64,000 nucleotides of DNA from Myxococcaceae bacterium (lineage in GTDB: Bacteria; Myxococcota; Myxococcia; Myxococcales; Myxococcaceae). Both the position numbers and the translations under genes were made by a program. Positions 9,624 through 17,964 of this stretch are shown here, one piece after another (within the stretch, counting starts at the first letter, position 1; each line of letters starts with the position of its first letter). The stretch is taken from NCBI GenBank assembly GCA_016793095.1, contig JAEUJQ010000037.1, positions 76,244 through 140,243 of the forward strand, in the 5' to 3' direction. The notes under the pieces were generated by a model, which had not been told where the DNA came from, searched no databases, and worked only from the letters and a program-made list of their open reading frames with translations.

Positions 9624-10829
9624 ATGCACTTCGACCTCCTCATCGCGCTCGACGGAAACGGGCTCAACGGCTTCGAGGGCTTCGCCGGCATCGCGAAGCT
9701 GACGTGCGACCCCGACCACGACCGCTACGACATCCAGGTGCGGTACTACGACGGGCTCGCGGGCGGCCACGCGACGCAGCTCAACCCGTCGGGCACCGTC
9801 GGCTACCTCGGCAACCTCTCGCAGACCCTCTTCTTCTACGACCCGCGCACGCTGAACGAGGTCGCGCGCCTGTCGACGCTGCGCTTCCGCGCGCCGTCCA
9901 CGTTCTACGAGAGCCAGACGCACGTGGCGTGGCTCGACGACGCGACCTTCGTCACCGTGCTGGGGCCCGACTTCTACCGCTTCCGGCTCGACGACCTCTC
10001 GCACCCCGAGCGGCTCGGCGCGCACGGCGTCACGCTCCCGCACGCGCTCAAGAAGTCACCGTCTGGGCGCTTCCTCTTCTACGGCGCGATGGACCACGAC
10101 TCCCGCGGCTACGCGAACGAGGTGGGCGTATTCGACCTGAAGGAGCGCACTGCCCGCGTGGTGAAGCTGCCGGCGACGGCGTGGCACCTCGGCGTGCACC
10201 CGACGCGAGACGTCTTCTACGCGCCGACGCAGCGCTGCGCGCCGCAGGGCACCGAGTTCGTCGAGTACACCATCGGCCACTTCAAGAACTACCTGTTCGA
10301 GGTGGACGGCGAGACGGCGAAGGTGACGCGGCACGTGGCGATTCCGAAGGACCTGCCGGGCTCGCTCACCTCCGACGTCGTCGTGACGGAGGACGCGGTG
10401 CTCTACAACGCCTGCGCGAGCGGCGCGGTGGTGCGGGTGGACCTCGAGACGTTCTCGCGCGTCGAGTGGCTCGACGAGCGCGTCACCGGCTGGGAGACGC
10501 TCACCCACCTGCCGACGGCCTGGTCGAACCTGGTGGAGAGCGCGTCACGCGCGAACCTCTTCGGCGCGCCGCACGTGCTCTTGAAGGCGCTGCGGGCCAC
10601 GCGCTTTTCGGCGCTGGACGGCAGCTACGGGCTGCAGCGCTCTCCGTGTGGCCGCTACCTGCTGTCGGCGCACCGGGGCCTCAACGAGGTCCGCGTGTAC
10701 AAGATGAGCGACTTCTCGCTGCACCGGCGCGTGCGGTTTCCGCCGATTCAGCGGTCGTTCCCGCAGCACTTCGGCCTGCTCGACGACCCGCGCCTGGGCT
10801 TCCACCACACCGCGCTCCGGGCGCCCTGA
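9624..10829 (+). CDS. Hypothetical protein, beta-propeller-like (401 aa)
   Basis: GAGAGGAG RBS before ATG 9624, 14 bp after the E2-like gene. Repetitive beta-rich sequence and high GC3. Confidence 0.75.
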   Translation: MHFDLLIALDGNGLNGFEGFAGIAKLTCDPDHDRYDIQVRYYDGLAGGHATQLNPSGTVGYLGNLSQTLFFYDPRTLNEVARLSTLRFRAPSTFYESQTHVAWLDDATFVTVLGPDFYRFRLDDLSHPERLGAHGVTLPHALKKSPSGRFLFYGAMDHDSRGYANEVGVFDLKERTARVVKLPATAWHLGVHPTRDVFYAPTQRCAPQGTEFVEYTIGHFKNYLFEVDGETAKVTRHVAIPKDLPGSLTSDVVVTEDAVLYNACASGAVVRVDLETFSRVEWLDERVTGWETLTHLPTAWSNLVESASRANLFGAPHVLLKALRATRFSALDGSYGLQRSPCGRYLLSAHRGLNEVRVYKMSDFSLHRRVRFPPIQRSFPQHFGLLDDPRLGFHHTALRAP

Positions 10830-10959
10830 CGCGGTCCGTTCACGTCAACGAGGCGCTCGAGGACTCCCAGCGTCGGGAAGGATGGCCGGGACGACGACGA
10901 ACATCGGGCGGCGGCAGCGATTGCGTGACAGCGGGGGGCTGGTCCACGATGCGCGCGCC

Positions 10960-11370
10960 ATGACGGAGCATCAGGAAGCGAGGCGGTGGCAGACGAGCTG
11001 GGGGTACGCCGCCGGCGTCGCCTTCGCGCTGAGCGCGCTGCCGTTCCTCGCCCTCGGTCCGTTCCTTGCCCTGGCGGCGGGGGTGCCCGGCGTGCTGGCC
11101 TTCTTCGCGTTCAAGCTGGCGCGCGAGGGCGTGACGACGGTGCAGTTGGGGGTGGTGGCCGTGGGTTCAGTGGCGACGTCTGGCTTCGGCGTGGCCATGC
11201 TGGGCGTCGAGAAGGGCACCGACGTGTTCGAGGGGCTCGCGTACCTGGTGTGGACCCTGGGTGCGTGGCAGCTGGCCACCGGCACCATCGGGGTCGGCGC
11301 GTGCGTGCGTGCCTTCCTCCGCTCCAGCAGGGAGCCCGGCCCCGGCCAGCCTTCCTCGACCTCTTCATGA
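10960..11370 (+). CDS. Hypothetical membrane protein
   Basis: Three or four hydrophobic helices (GVAFALSALPFLALGPFLALAAGVPGVLAFFAF...). Confidence 0.5.
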   Translation: MTEHQEARRWQTSWGYAAGVAFALSALPFLALGPFLALAAGVPGVLAFFAFKLAREGVTTVQLGVVAVGSVATSGFGVAMLGVEKGTDVFEGLAYLVWTLGAWQLATGTIGVGACVRAFLRSSREPGPGQPSSTSS

Positions 11371-11864
11371 CCGCTCGCCGTGTGACGTGGTGAGCCACGC
11401 CCGCAGGCGCGAGCCCTTGGCCGGCCGAGGTCGCTGGTTTGAGCTTCGGCCAAGAACGCTCGACGTCTGTGGGTGGGGCTGTGGCTGATGGCCACGTGGT
11501 GCGCGTCGGTCGGCAACGTGCAGCGCGCCGACACTCTGGGAAGAGGGAACTCGTACCGGCACAGCGCCAGCCGCACACGCTCGGGGCCCTCGTCGCGGGC
11601 TGCCTCCAGCTCCCTCACCGTCACGGCGCGGAGCTCATCCCACGGGCTCCCTGAGGGTACGCCGGCTCGTGCTCCGCGTTGGGCTGCGGCGCGGCGGGAG
11701 GCCCCACGGCGACTTCCTCCTCACCATCGAACAGCCCGAGCTGCGTCAGACGTCGGGTGGCCATGCGCTACGGACAACACCAGTGCTGCGCCAGCGCACG
11801 TCACCCTCGACGTCCGAGAAGCGCCCGACCAGGCCGTTCACCCACGGCAGATCGGTACGACGCC

Positions 11865-13223
11865 TCAGCTCGTTCCTCGACGGCGTCCGCGACGGCGACG
11901 AGCCAGCACCCAGGCGGCGAGCGGGGCGCACCCGAGGAGCGTCGTGCTCGAGCACCCCCCCGTCATCGCCGCAACCTCACGCGCCTCCCCTTCGCCAGCA
12001 GGAGCCGAAGCCTGCTGCGACGGAGGCGGCGCCGTCCCTGCGTCCTGCGTACCTGTCGGAGCCGGGTTCGAGGTCGCGCCCCCGTCGGAAGGCGCGGGCT
12101 GACTCACGACGTTTCCCGCGTCTGGCGGTGGGCCGGCGTCCGGGGGCTCAGGAAAGGCGGGCCGCGGGCCGGGCGTCACCTCGAGCACGGGCTTCACGTC
12201 GGCCGATTCGCGCGAGAAGTAGCCTGAGCCGTCCGGGTCGAGCGAGCTGATGGCGAACGCGTATTGCCCATCGCCCGCGACTGCGCGCGTCACGTCGAAC
12301 GCCGCGGTCGCGCCCAGCTCCACCCGCCCCTGCGTCGAGAGCACGACGCCGAGCGCCGGCCTGCTCGCGAACGACACGGCGCCCTCGGCCCACGAGGTGT
12401 CTGCGACGGCGTGCGCCTGGCCCGCGCCTCCGGCGTTGAGCGCCTTGAGCACCAGGCGCGCGGACGAGACCGAGGTCATCAGGCCTCTGACGTCGAAGCG
12501 GAGGTAGATGACGCGTCCATCACCGCCAACCCGGAGCTCACCACTCGCCCCGTTCACAGAGCCGAGCGCGCTGGGGTCGACCCAGGTGTCGGCGACGGGC
12601 GCGAAGCACCGCGCCGCTCCACACGTCGCCGGTGGTGGCTGCGGCGTCGTTGCTGGCGCGCTCGCCTCGTCCCAGCGGATGTTCGTGAGCACCGCTCCTT
12701 CGGCGCCGTTGCGCACGCTGGGGGGCCACCCGTAGCCCATCGTCACCCGCGCAGGAGCCGCGCCGCTCACCGTGGCGCTCGAGACGACCGCGCCGCCCTG
12801 CCGGACCGTGTACTCGGCACGGTCGATCTTGATCTCCATCCGCACCCGGTACGACAGCGGTGGGCTCCACGGAACCCAGATGCGGCGCTCGCCCGCGTAC
12901 TGGGTCACCGAGTAGAGCTTGAGCTTGTAGTCGCGGAAGGCAGCGGCGTACGTCCCCGCAGGCGGGTTGCCTCCCGACCAGTCACGGCCCTCGGCGACGG
13001 CCCACCCGAGGTGCTCCTCCACCAGCCCGGGAGCGCCGGGCGTCGTGCCCTCGTTCGTCGGTTGCTTTCCCATCACGTCGAACTCGAGCGCGCACGGCAC
13101 GTTGAGCGTGCGCTCGACCCGCTGCCCTCGTGTGACGGTGTATGTCTGCGCCTGCACCGACCCCGAGAGCGACGCGACCACGAGCATCAGGCCGCGCCAT
13201 GAGCAGGTGTTGGGAAGCGTCAT
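11865..13223 (-). CDS. Secreted MYXO-CTERM domain protein (possible DNRLRE/CBM-like module)
   Basis: Signal peptide MTLPNTCSWRGLMLVVASLSGSVQA. C-terminal GGCSSTTLLGCAPLAAWVLARRRRGRRR is a typical MYXO-CTERM sorting signal. Confidence 0.75.
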   Translation of the reverse strand: MTLPNTCSWRGLMLVVASLSGSVQAQTYTVTRGQRVERTLNVPCALEFDVMGKQPTNEGTTPGAPGLVEEHLGWAVAEGRDWSGGNPPAGTYAAAFRDYKLKLYSVTQYAGERRIWVPWSPPLSYRVRMEIKIDRAEYTVRQGGAVVSSATVSGAAPARVTMGYGWPPSVRNGAEGAVLTNIRWDEASAPATTPQPPPATCGAARCFAPVADTWVDPSALGSVNGASGELRVGGDGRVIYLRFDVRGLMTSVSSARLVLKALNAGGAGQAHAVADTSWAEGAVSFASRPALGVVLSTQGRVELGATAAFDVTRAVAGDGQYAFAISSLDPDGSGYFSRESADVKPVLEVTPGPRPAFPEPPDAGPPPDAGNVVSQPAPSDGGATSNPAPTGTQDAGTAPPPSQQASAPAGEGEAREVAAMTGGCSSTTLLGCAPLAAWVLARRRRGRRRGTS

Positions 13224-13437
13224 GTCTGCCCACGATGCGACGGCTGTGCCGTTGGCATCGCGAGAGAGTGCCAGAGGTTGCGGACTCCGGGCGGAGCGGC
13301 GCTGCTCCGGTCCACGCGGCGCTGGTGCGCCACGCCCACGCGAAGTCGGCTTACAGCGCTCGCGCTCGACCGTGGTGCCAGGCACGCCTGAGGAGGCACG
13401 GTAAGCGTTTCCCCGGCTGTTCTGCGAGACTCGGCCC

Positions 13438-14403
13438 ATGCGTACGACGACGCGGTGGGTGGGGATGACCAGCCTGATGCTCGCTGCGACGGCCGGCGCG
13501 GGCCCGAAGAACTCGCAGAAGAAGGCCGAGCTCGAGCGGAGCAGGGAGGGCGTCGAGCGGATCTCGAAGGCCTGCGGCTGCACGGTGGGGGTGGACTTCA
13601 AGTTCGACGGCTTCCCCGACGACACCGGTCTGATGGGCGCTGGGCACCAGGTGAGCGAGCTCGCCGAGGCCGCCGAGCGGCAGTGTCAAACGAAGGCGAC
13701 GAAGCAGGTCTTCTGCAAGGCCGTCGCGAAGGTCGAGGTCGCCTGGGGCGGCAAGGCCTGCGAGAGCGGCGCGGACTTCCCAGCGCCAGAGCTCGTGGAC
13801 AGGACGCTCAGGACCATCCACTGCATCGGCTCGGGCACGGGCTCGCGGGCCATCTGGGACCTGTTCGACTCGAAGCTCGAAGCGCCGACCACGGAGGTCG
13901 GCGACAGCGCGGATGAGGCCGACCCGGGCGTGAAGACCACCGAAGAGCTGGCGCGCTTCCCCGGCAGCAAGGCCCGCCCGGACGGAGTCAGCGGCGAGGA
14001 GCTGCGACGGATCAACTCGTACTGGGAAGACATTCTCGCCAGGACCGACGACGTGGTGCGCAACTGCCGCTCGCGGCCGAAGACCGACATCGACTGGGCC
14101 TCCTTCAAGGGCCCCCTGGTGCAGTACGGCTCGATGGTCTGCGTGTCGGCGCTCGCCGCGCTCCGCGACGCCTGCAACCCGGTACACCGCGACAAGACCG
14201 ACTACGCCGAGGTCATCGGCAAGAAGGTCAAAGTGGTGCGCTGCCACTACGACCCGAACCTCAAGGCTGATTCGGACGGCAACGTCAGATCGCGCTACGC
14301 CTTCAAGGACGGCGTGTTCGAGATGTGGGCGAAACCCGCGGAGTACGCTGGCGACCACGACGCCGCGTACGCCGTCCAGTTCCTGCGCTTGAACGTCCGC
14401 TGA
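13438..14403 (+). CDS. Secreted Cys-containing hypothetical protein (321 aa)
   Basis: N-terminal signal sequence, about 12 Cys, Lys-rich and coherent codon usage. Divergent from the MYXO-CTERM gene. Confidence 0.7.
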   Translation: MRTTTRWVGMTSLMLAATAGAGPKNSQKKAELERSREGVERISKACGCTVGVDFKFDGFPDDTGLMGAGHQVSELAEAAERQCQTKATKQVFCKAVAKVEVAWGGKACESGADFPAPELVDRTLRTIHCIGSGTGSRAIWDLFDSKLEAPTTEVGDSADEADPGVKTTEELARFPGSKARPDGVSGEELRRINSYWEDILARTDDVVRNCRSRPKTDIDWASFKGPLVQYGSMVCVSALAALRDACNPVHRDKTDYAEVIGKKVKVVRCHYDPNLKADSDGNVRSRYAFKDGVFEMWAKPAEYAGDHDAAYAVQFLRLNVR

Positions 14404-14498
14404 CGGCACCGGGCACCGTTCCCGGAAGGGCGCCAACGCACCCGCACTGACCGGAGAGGTCGCCGAAGAGCCGACCTGAGCGCTCGAGCTGAGCTGCG

Positions 14499-16220
14499 TC
14501 AGGGACAGCACCACTGCTGCGCCAGCGCGCGCGGCGTGCCCGGCCCAGGCGCGTAGACGTACGCCGGCGTCGGCACGAGCGCCTGGCACAGCGGCTCGTT
14601 GTTCGTGTCCCACGAGGCCGCCGTGCCGACGCGCAGGTGGCGCACCGCGAGCTCGGTGCACGCGGCGCAGGCGGCCGTCTTCGACGTCGCGTCGAGCAGC
14701 GGGTCCTGCGCGTGGGCCTTCAACGCGTCGAGCTGGGCCGTCGTCGTCGCGGCGCACCACTCCTTCGCGTGGGCCACGTGGAAGACGCGGGCCAGGGTCA
14801 CCGCGCGCGGCGGCCCACCCGGACCCCATGGCAGCGGCGGGTCTTCATAGGCGGCCGGCGAGGCGTACGCGCCGTTGGGGCTGACGCCCATGAAGTCGCC
14901 GAGCCCACCCTCGGCCAGCGACGTGCCCTGCGGGTCGTCCTTCGCGGTGAGGCGCGCCATCGTGGTGACGCGCTCGAGCGAGAGGCGGAACTCGTTCTTC
15001 GTCTTCTTCGCCACCGGCACCTTGCCGGACGCGCGCGCGACCTGCGGCACCATCCACGAGGCGAAGCGCGCATCGAGCGGAATCGTCGTCTGAAGGCCGA
15101 TGACCTTCAGCTGAATCGCCATGCCGCGCACGATGGCCTCGTTGGTCGCGCGCTGGCCGAAGCAGTGGTCCGACGTCGGGTCCACCGAGGAGAGGCCCTG
15201 CGCCGGCTGCCCGAGCGCGCCCAGCGACATGCCCGTCGCCTGGTACACCTGCAGCAGGCCCGAGGTCGCGCAGTCGAAGAAGCGCTGCTTCTGCGCGGCC
15301 GTCATCTGCGCGACGTAGAGGTCGCCCACCGCGTGCGAGACGAGCCCGTCTTTCGCGACGAAGCGCACGTCGTCGTGCGGCGCGCACATCGCGTCGTTCA
15401 CGTCGTACGTCGTCCACGTCGGCAGCGCCTGCAGCACGCCGCGCGCGCCGTGCACGAAGCCCGAGACGAGCGCCGAGAGCACCGCCTTGTCACGCTTCTC
15501 CTCCACCGTCGCCCCGGGGAAGTCCTCGAGCGTCGAGGAGCCCCAGCGCTGCCACATGTGGCCCATGCTCCAGGCGTCCTGCAGGAAGTGCTGGCCCATC
15601 GCCTCGAGCGCGAGCGCCTCGACCTCACACGCGCGGGACACCTCGGGGAAGCGGCCCTGCACCGCCGTCGCGAGCGGGCGGCACTCGGCGGCGCGGGCCA
15701 GGGCGAGCGCGTGAACGCGGGCGTAGAGGCGCTGCGACTGCGGCACGAAGTGGTTCGAGTTCACCGGCCCCATGTGGCTCGCGAAGTCGTGGCACAGCGT
15801 CGCGTCGGTGCCGTCGGCCAGGGGACACGTCTCGTGACCGCTCGCCCAGTCCCACAGCGCGTACGAGAAGTCGGGCAACTGCGCGAGCTCGCCCACGGTG
15901 AACGTGCGCGTCTGCGCGCGCGTCGTCTGCTCGAAGGCCGCCGGCTGCAGCGTCGGCGCGGGGGTGCCGCCGATGTCCACCGTCGCCGAGGTGGTGAAGA
16001 CGGTGAGCGTCTGCGGGTCCGACACCGACAGCGGCAAGCCCGCCTGCGCGCGCGTCTGCTCGAAGAGCTGCCGGTGCTCGTCGCTGGGGCCGACCCACCG
16101 GTTCCGCGCCGTCTGAGGACCTGCGAAGGGAGAGCAGGAGCGGCCGCCAGCCTCGTAGCAGACCGAGTCCCACGCGAGCGCCGGCAGCGGCAGCAAGATG
16201 ACGAGGAGGAGCCGGTTCAT
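14499..16220 (-). CDS. Secreted Cys-rich hypothetical protein (574 aa); mature N-terminus predicted to begin with Trp
   Basis: ATG 16220 overlaps the upstream stop (ATGA). Signal peptide MNRLLLVILLPLPALA followed by WDSVCYEAGG. Confidence 0.75.
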   Translation of the reverse strand: MNRLLLVILLPLPALAWDSVCYEAGGRSCSPFAGPQTARNRWVGPSDEHRQLFEQTRAQAGLPLSVSDPQTLTVFTTSATVDIGGTPAPTLQPAAFEQTTRAQTRTFTVGELAQLPDFSYALWDWASGHETCPLADGTDATLCHDFASHMGPVNSNHFVPQSQRLYARVHALALARAAECRPLATAVQGRFPEVSRACEVEALALEAMGQHFLQDAWSMGHMWQRWGSSTLEDFPGATVEEKRDKAVLSALVSGFVHGARGVLQALPTWTTYDVNDAMCAPHDDVRFVAKDGLVSHAVGDLYVAQMTAAQKQRFFDCATSGLLQVYQATGMSLGALGQPAQGLSSVDPTSDHCFGQRATNEAIVRGMAIQLKVIGLQTTIPLDARFASWMVPQVARASGKVPVAKKTKNEFRLSLERVTTMARLTAKDDPQGTSLAEGGLGDFMGVSPNGAYASPAAYEDPPLPWGPGGPPRAVTLARVFHVAHAKEWCAATTTAQLDALKAHAQDPLLDATSKTAACAACTELAVRHLRVGTAASWDTNNEPLCQALVPTPAYVYAPGPGTPRALAQQWCCP

Positions 16221-16705
16221 GGCGTCTCCAGCGCGGCGCGAACGCCGGGGAAGCAGTCGGGCTGGCGGAAGAGCACCTTCTCGAGCGCGGGGTTCGGCGC
16301 CGTCCCCGCCGCGACCTCTCGCTCGAACGCCTCGCGGCACGTCGCCGGGCAACAGGCCGGCTCGGTCCACGGCTCCATCGTCGAGCACCCGCGCACGCTG
16401 GCGAAGCAGCTGGCCAGGGTGAAGTTCGGCGGCGCGTAGCAGTACGAGAGCAGGTCGGCGCACTCTCCCAGCGCCGTCAGCGCGTCACGCTGGGTCGGAT
16501 CGAGCTCGACCCGCGCGTTGGAGACCTCGGCGAGCAGCTTCGTCGCTCCGGCGCCCACCGGCGCGAACACGGCGAGGTTCAGCACCGGCGGCAGCGACGG
16601 CAGCCTGAAGGCGCTCCCTCCACCGGCGCCACCGTCGGCCCCACCGCCGCCTCCTCCAAGCACTCCGCAGGACGTACAGAGCAGTACACTGAGGACTCGT
16701 TTCAT
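16217..16705 (-). CDS. Cys-rich lipoprotein (163 aa) with poly-Gly linker
   Basis: MKRVLSVLLCTSCG lipoprotein signal. Its stop overlaps the start of the downstream gene. Confidence 0.65.
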   Translation of the reverse strand: MKRVLSVLLCTSCGVLGGGGGGADGGAGGGSAFRLPSLPPVLNLAVFAPVGAGATKLLAEVSNARVELDPTQRDALTALGECADLLSYCYAPPNFTLASCFASVRGCSTMEPWTEPACCPATCREAFEREVAAGTAPNPALEKVLFRQPDCFPGVRAALETP

Positions 16706-16928
16706 GTGGCTCGCTTTCGTGCACGCCCGGTGCCGATGGCAGTGTGGCACGAAGCGCGGTCGCTTCGGCCGGGGACGTTGCGCAGGAAGACGCGCAGTCG
16801 TCGGTTGGCCCTGACGCCCGTGTCATCCCGAAGAGCCCAACAGACGCGCGGGTCGTCGAGCCGCGCCCTCGACAGGCAGCTCGACGGAGCAGGGACGTCG
16901 TCGAAGACCACGTCTCGCGCTGAGCGCG

Positions 16929-17180
16929 TCACGGAGAGAACGCGAAGACGAGCGCCTTGCGTCCGAAGGTGACGCGCTTCTTCGTCGCGTCCCACGTCAC
17001 GCGCTCGCGCTGGAGCGAGTCGACGTACTGCTGGAAAAAGTGCGGCAGGCTGCGGGCGACTCCTCTTCCCACGCCGTAGTCTTCGCGGTCGCGAAAGACG
17101 ACCCGACCGGCGGCGGGTGCCGTCAGCTCAATCCACAAGCCTGCGCCGAACGAGTTCGTCGAAGGCCACGACACGCGCAC
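16929..17180 (-). CDS. Possible small protein (83 aa, GTG start); weakly supported
   Basis: Protein-like 3' portion of an otherwise junk antisense ORF (…GLWIELTAPAAGRVVF…HFFQQYVDSLQRERVTWDATKKRVTF). GC3 about 84 %. No SD and no ATG. Confidence 0.25.
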   Translation of the reverse strand: MRVSWPSTNSFGAGLWIELTAPAAGRVVFRDREDYGVGRGVARSLPHFFQQYVDSLQRERVTWDATKKRVTFGRKALVFAFSP

Positions 17181-17252
17181 CAGCCCGGGCCAGCAGGGCG
17201 CTGTTCCCAGTCGCCGGATGACTGCGTGTCCGAAACCGGCGAACGTGAGCCC

Positions 17253-17813
17253 ATGGCCGTCCCGGGCTTCGAAGTGACTGGCATCTTCGTCGCGGCGTTC
17301 CGCAAGGCGCTTCAGGACCTCGGGCTGCTCGAGCAGGTGACGGCGAAGCTGCAACCCTCGACGAGGGCCGTTCTCGACGCGCCACACAGCAAGCGCACCC
17401 ACGACGCCGGTGTGCTCAAGGACCTCTCCGACACGCTGTACGCGGTCGCGGGGAACGAGGTCTCTCAGCAGCACGCCTACCTGATGGCGCGGGACTCGCT
17501 GGGGAAGATCCTCATCCCCATGTTCAAGGTCGCCCTCGCGCTCACCGGGCGAACCCCAGCCACCCTGCTCTCCCGCGTCCCCGACTCGGTGCGCCAGGCC
17601 CTCCGCGGGGTGAAGGCCACCTGGAACCCCGACGGTCCGAACGCTGGCACGCTGCAGATCGACTACCCCGAGCCGGTGACGGCCGTCGCCGCGGTGACCT
17701 GGCGCGGCACGCTGAGGTTCCTCTTCGAGCTGGTCGAGGGCACGCCCGCGCACATCGAGCGAATCGACCTCACGAACGAGCTGCGCACCATCGTCATCGT
17801 CGTGCGCTGGTGA
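17253..17813 (+). CDS. Hypothetical protein, TIGR02265/DUF2378-like (Myxococcales paralogous family); family assignment tentative
   Basis: Very high GC3 and a globular sequence from MAVPGFEVTG. The upstream part of the ORF is junk. Confidence 0.7.
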   Translation: MAVPGFEVTGIFVAAFRKALQDLGLLEQVTAKLQPSTRAVLDAPHSKRTHDAGVLKDLSDTLYAVAGNEVSQQHAYLMARDSLGKILIPMFKVALALTGRTPATLLSRVPDSVRQALRGVKATWNPDGPNAGTLQIDYPEPVTAVAAVTWRGTLRFLFELVEGTPAHIERIDLTNELRTIVIVVRW

Positions 17814-17913
17814 CGGTCCGCCGGGTGTGGCCGAGGCTGTTACAGGTGACCCGCCTGCTCACACGCCTGCCATCCGGCGGTTGAAACCACGTTGATCTTC
17901 CAGCGCACCGAGC

Positions 17914-17928
17914 TGGCACCCGCGTTGC
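17914..17928 (+). promoter_or_regulatory. Sigma-54 (RpoN) promoter, -24/-12 elements TGGCAC-N5-TTGCT
   Basis: Exact consensus with correct spacing, 37 bp upstream of the ATG of the S8 protease gene. Confidence 0.5.
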
Positions 17929-17964
17929 TCACGCACCGTCATCCCCCGCCACACGGAGACGGTC

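Noticed and set aside
13238-13256. Weak sigma-54-like GG-N10-GC match upstream of the MYXO-CTERM gene (minus orientation)
   Set aside because: Both hexamers deviate (CGGCAC, TCGC), and the predicted TSS would coincide with the start codon.
16929-17753. 274-aa minus ORF overlapping the TIGR02265-like gene
   Set aside because: The 5' two-thirds are antisense junk. The plus-strand gene has very high GC3 and a globular sequence. Only the 3' 250 bp were retained as a low-confidence small CDS.
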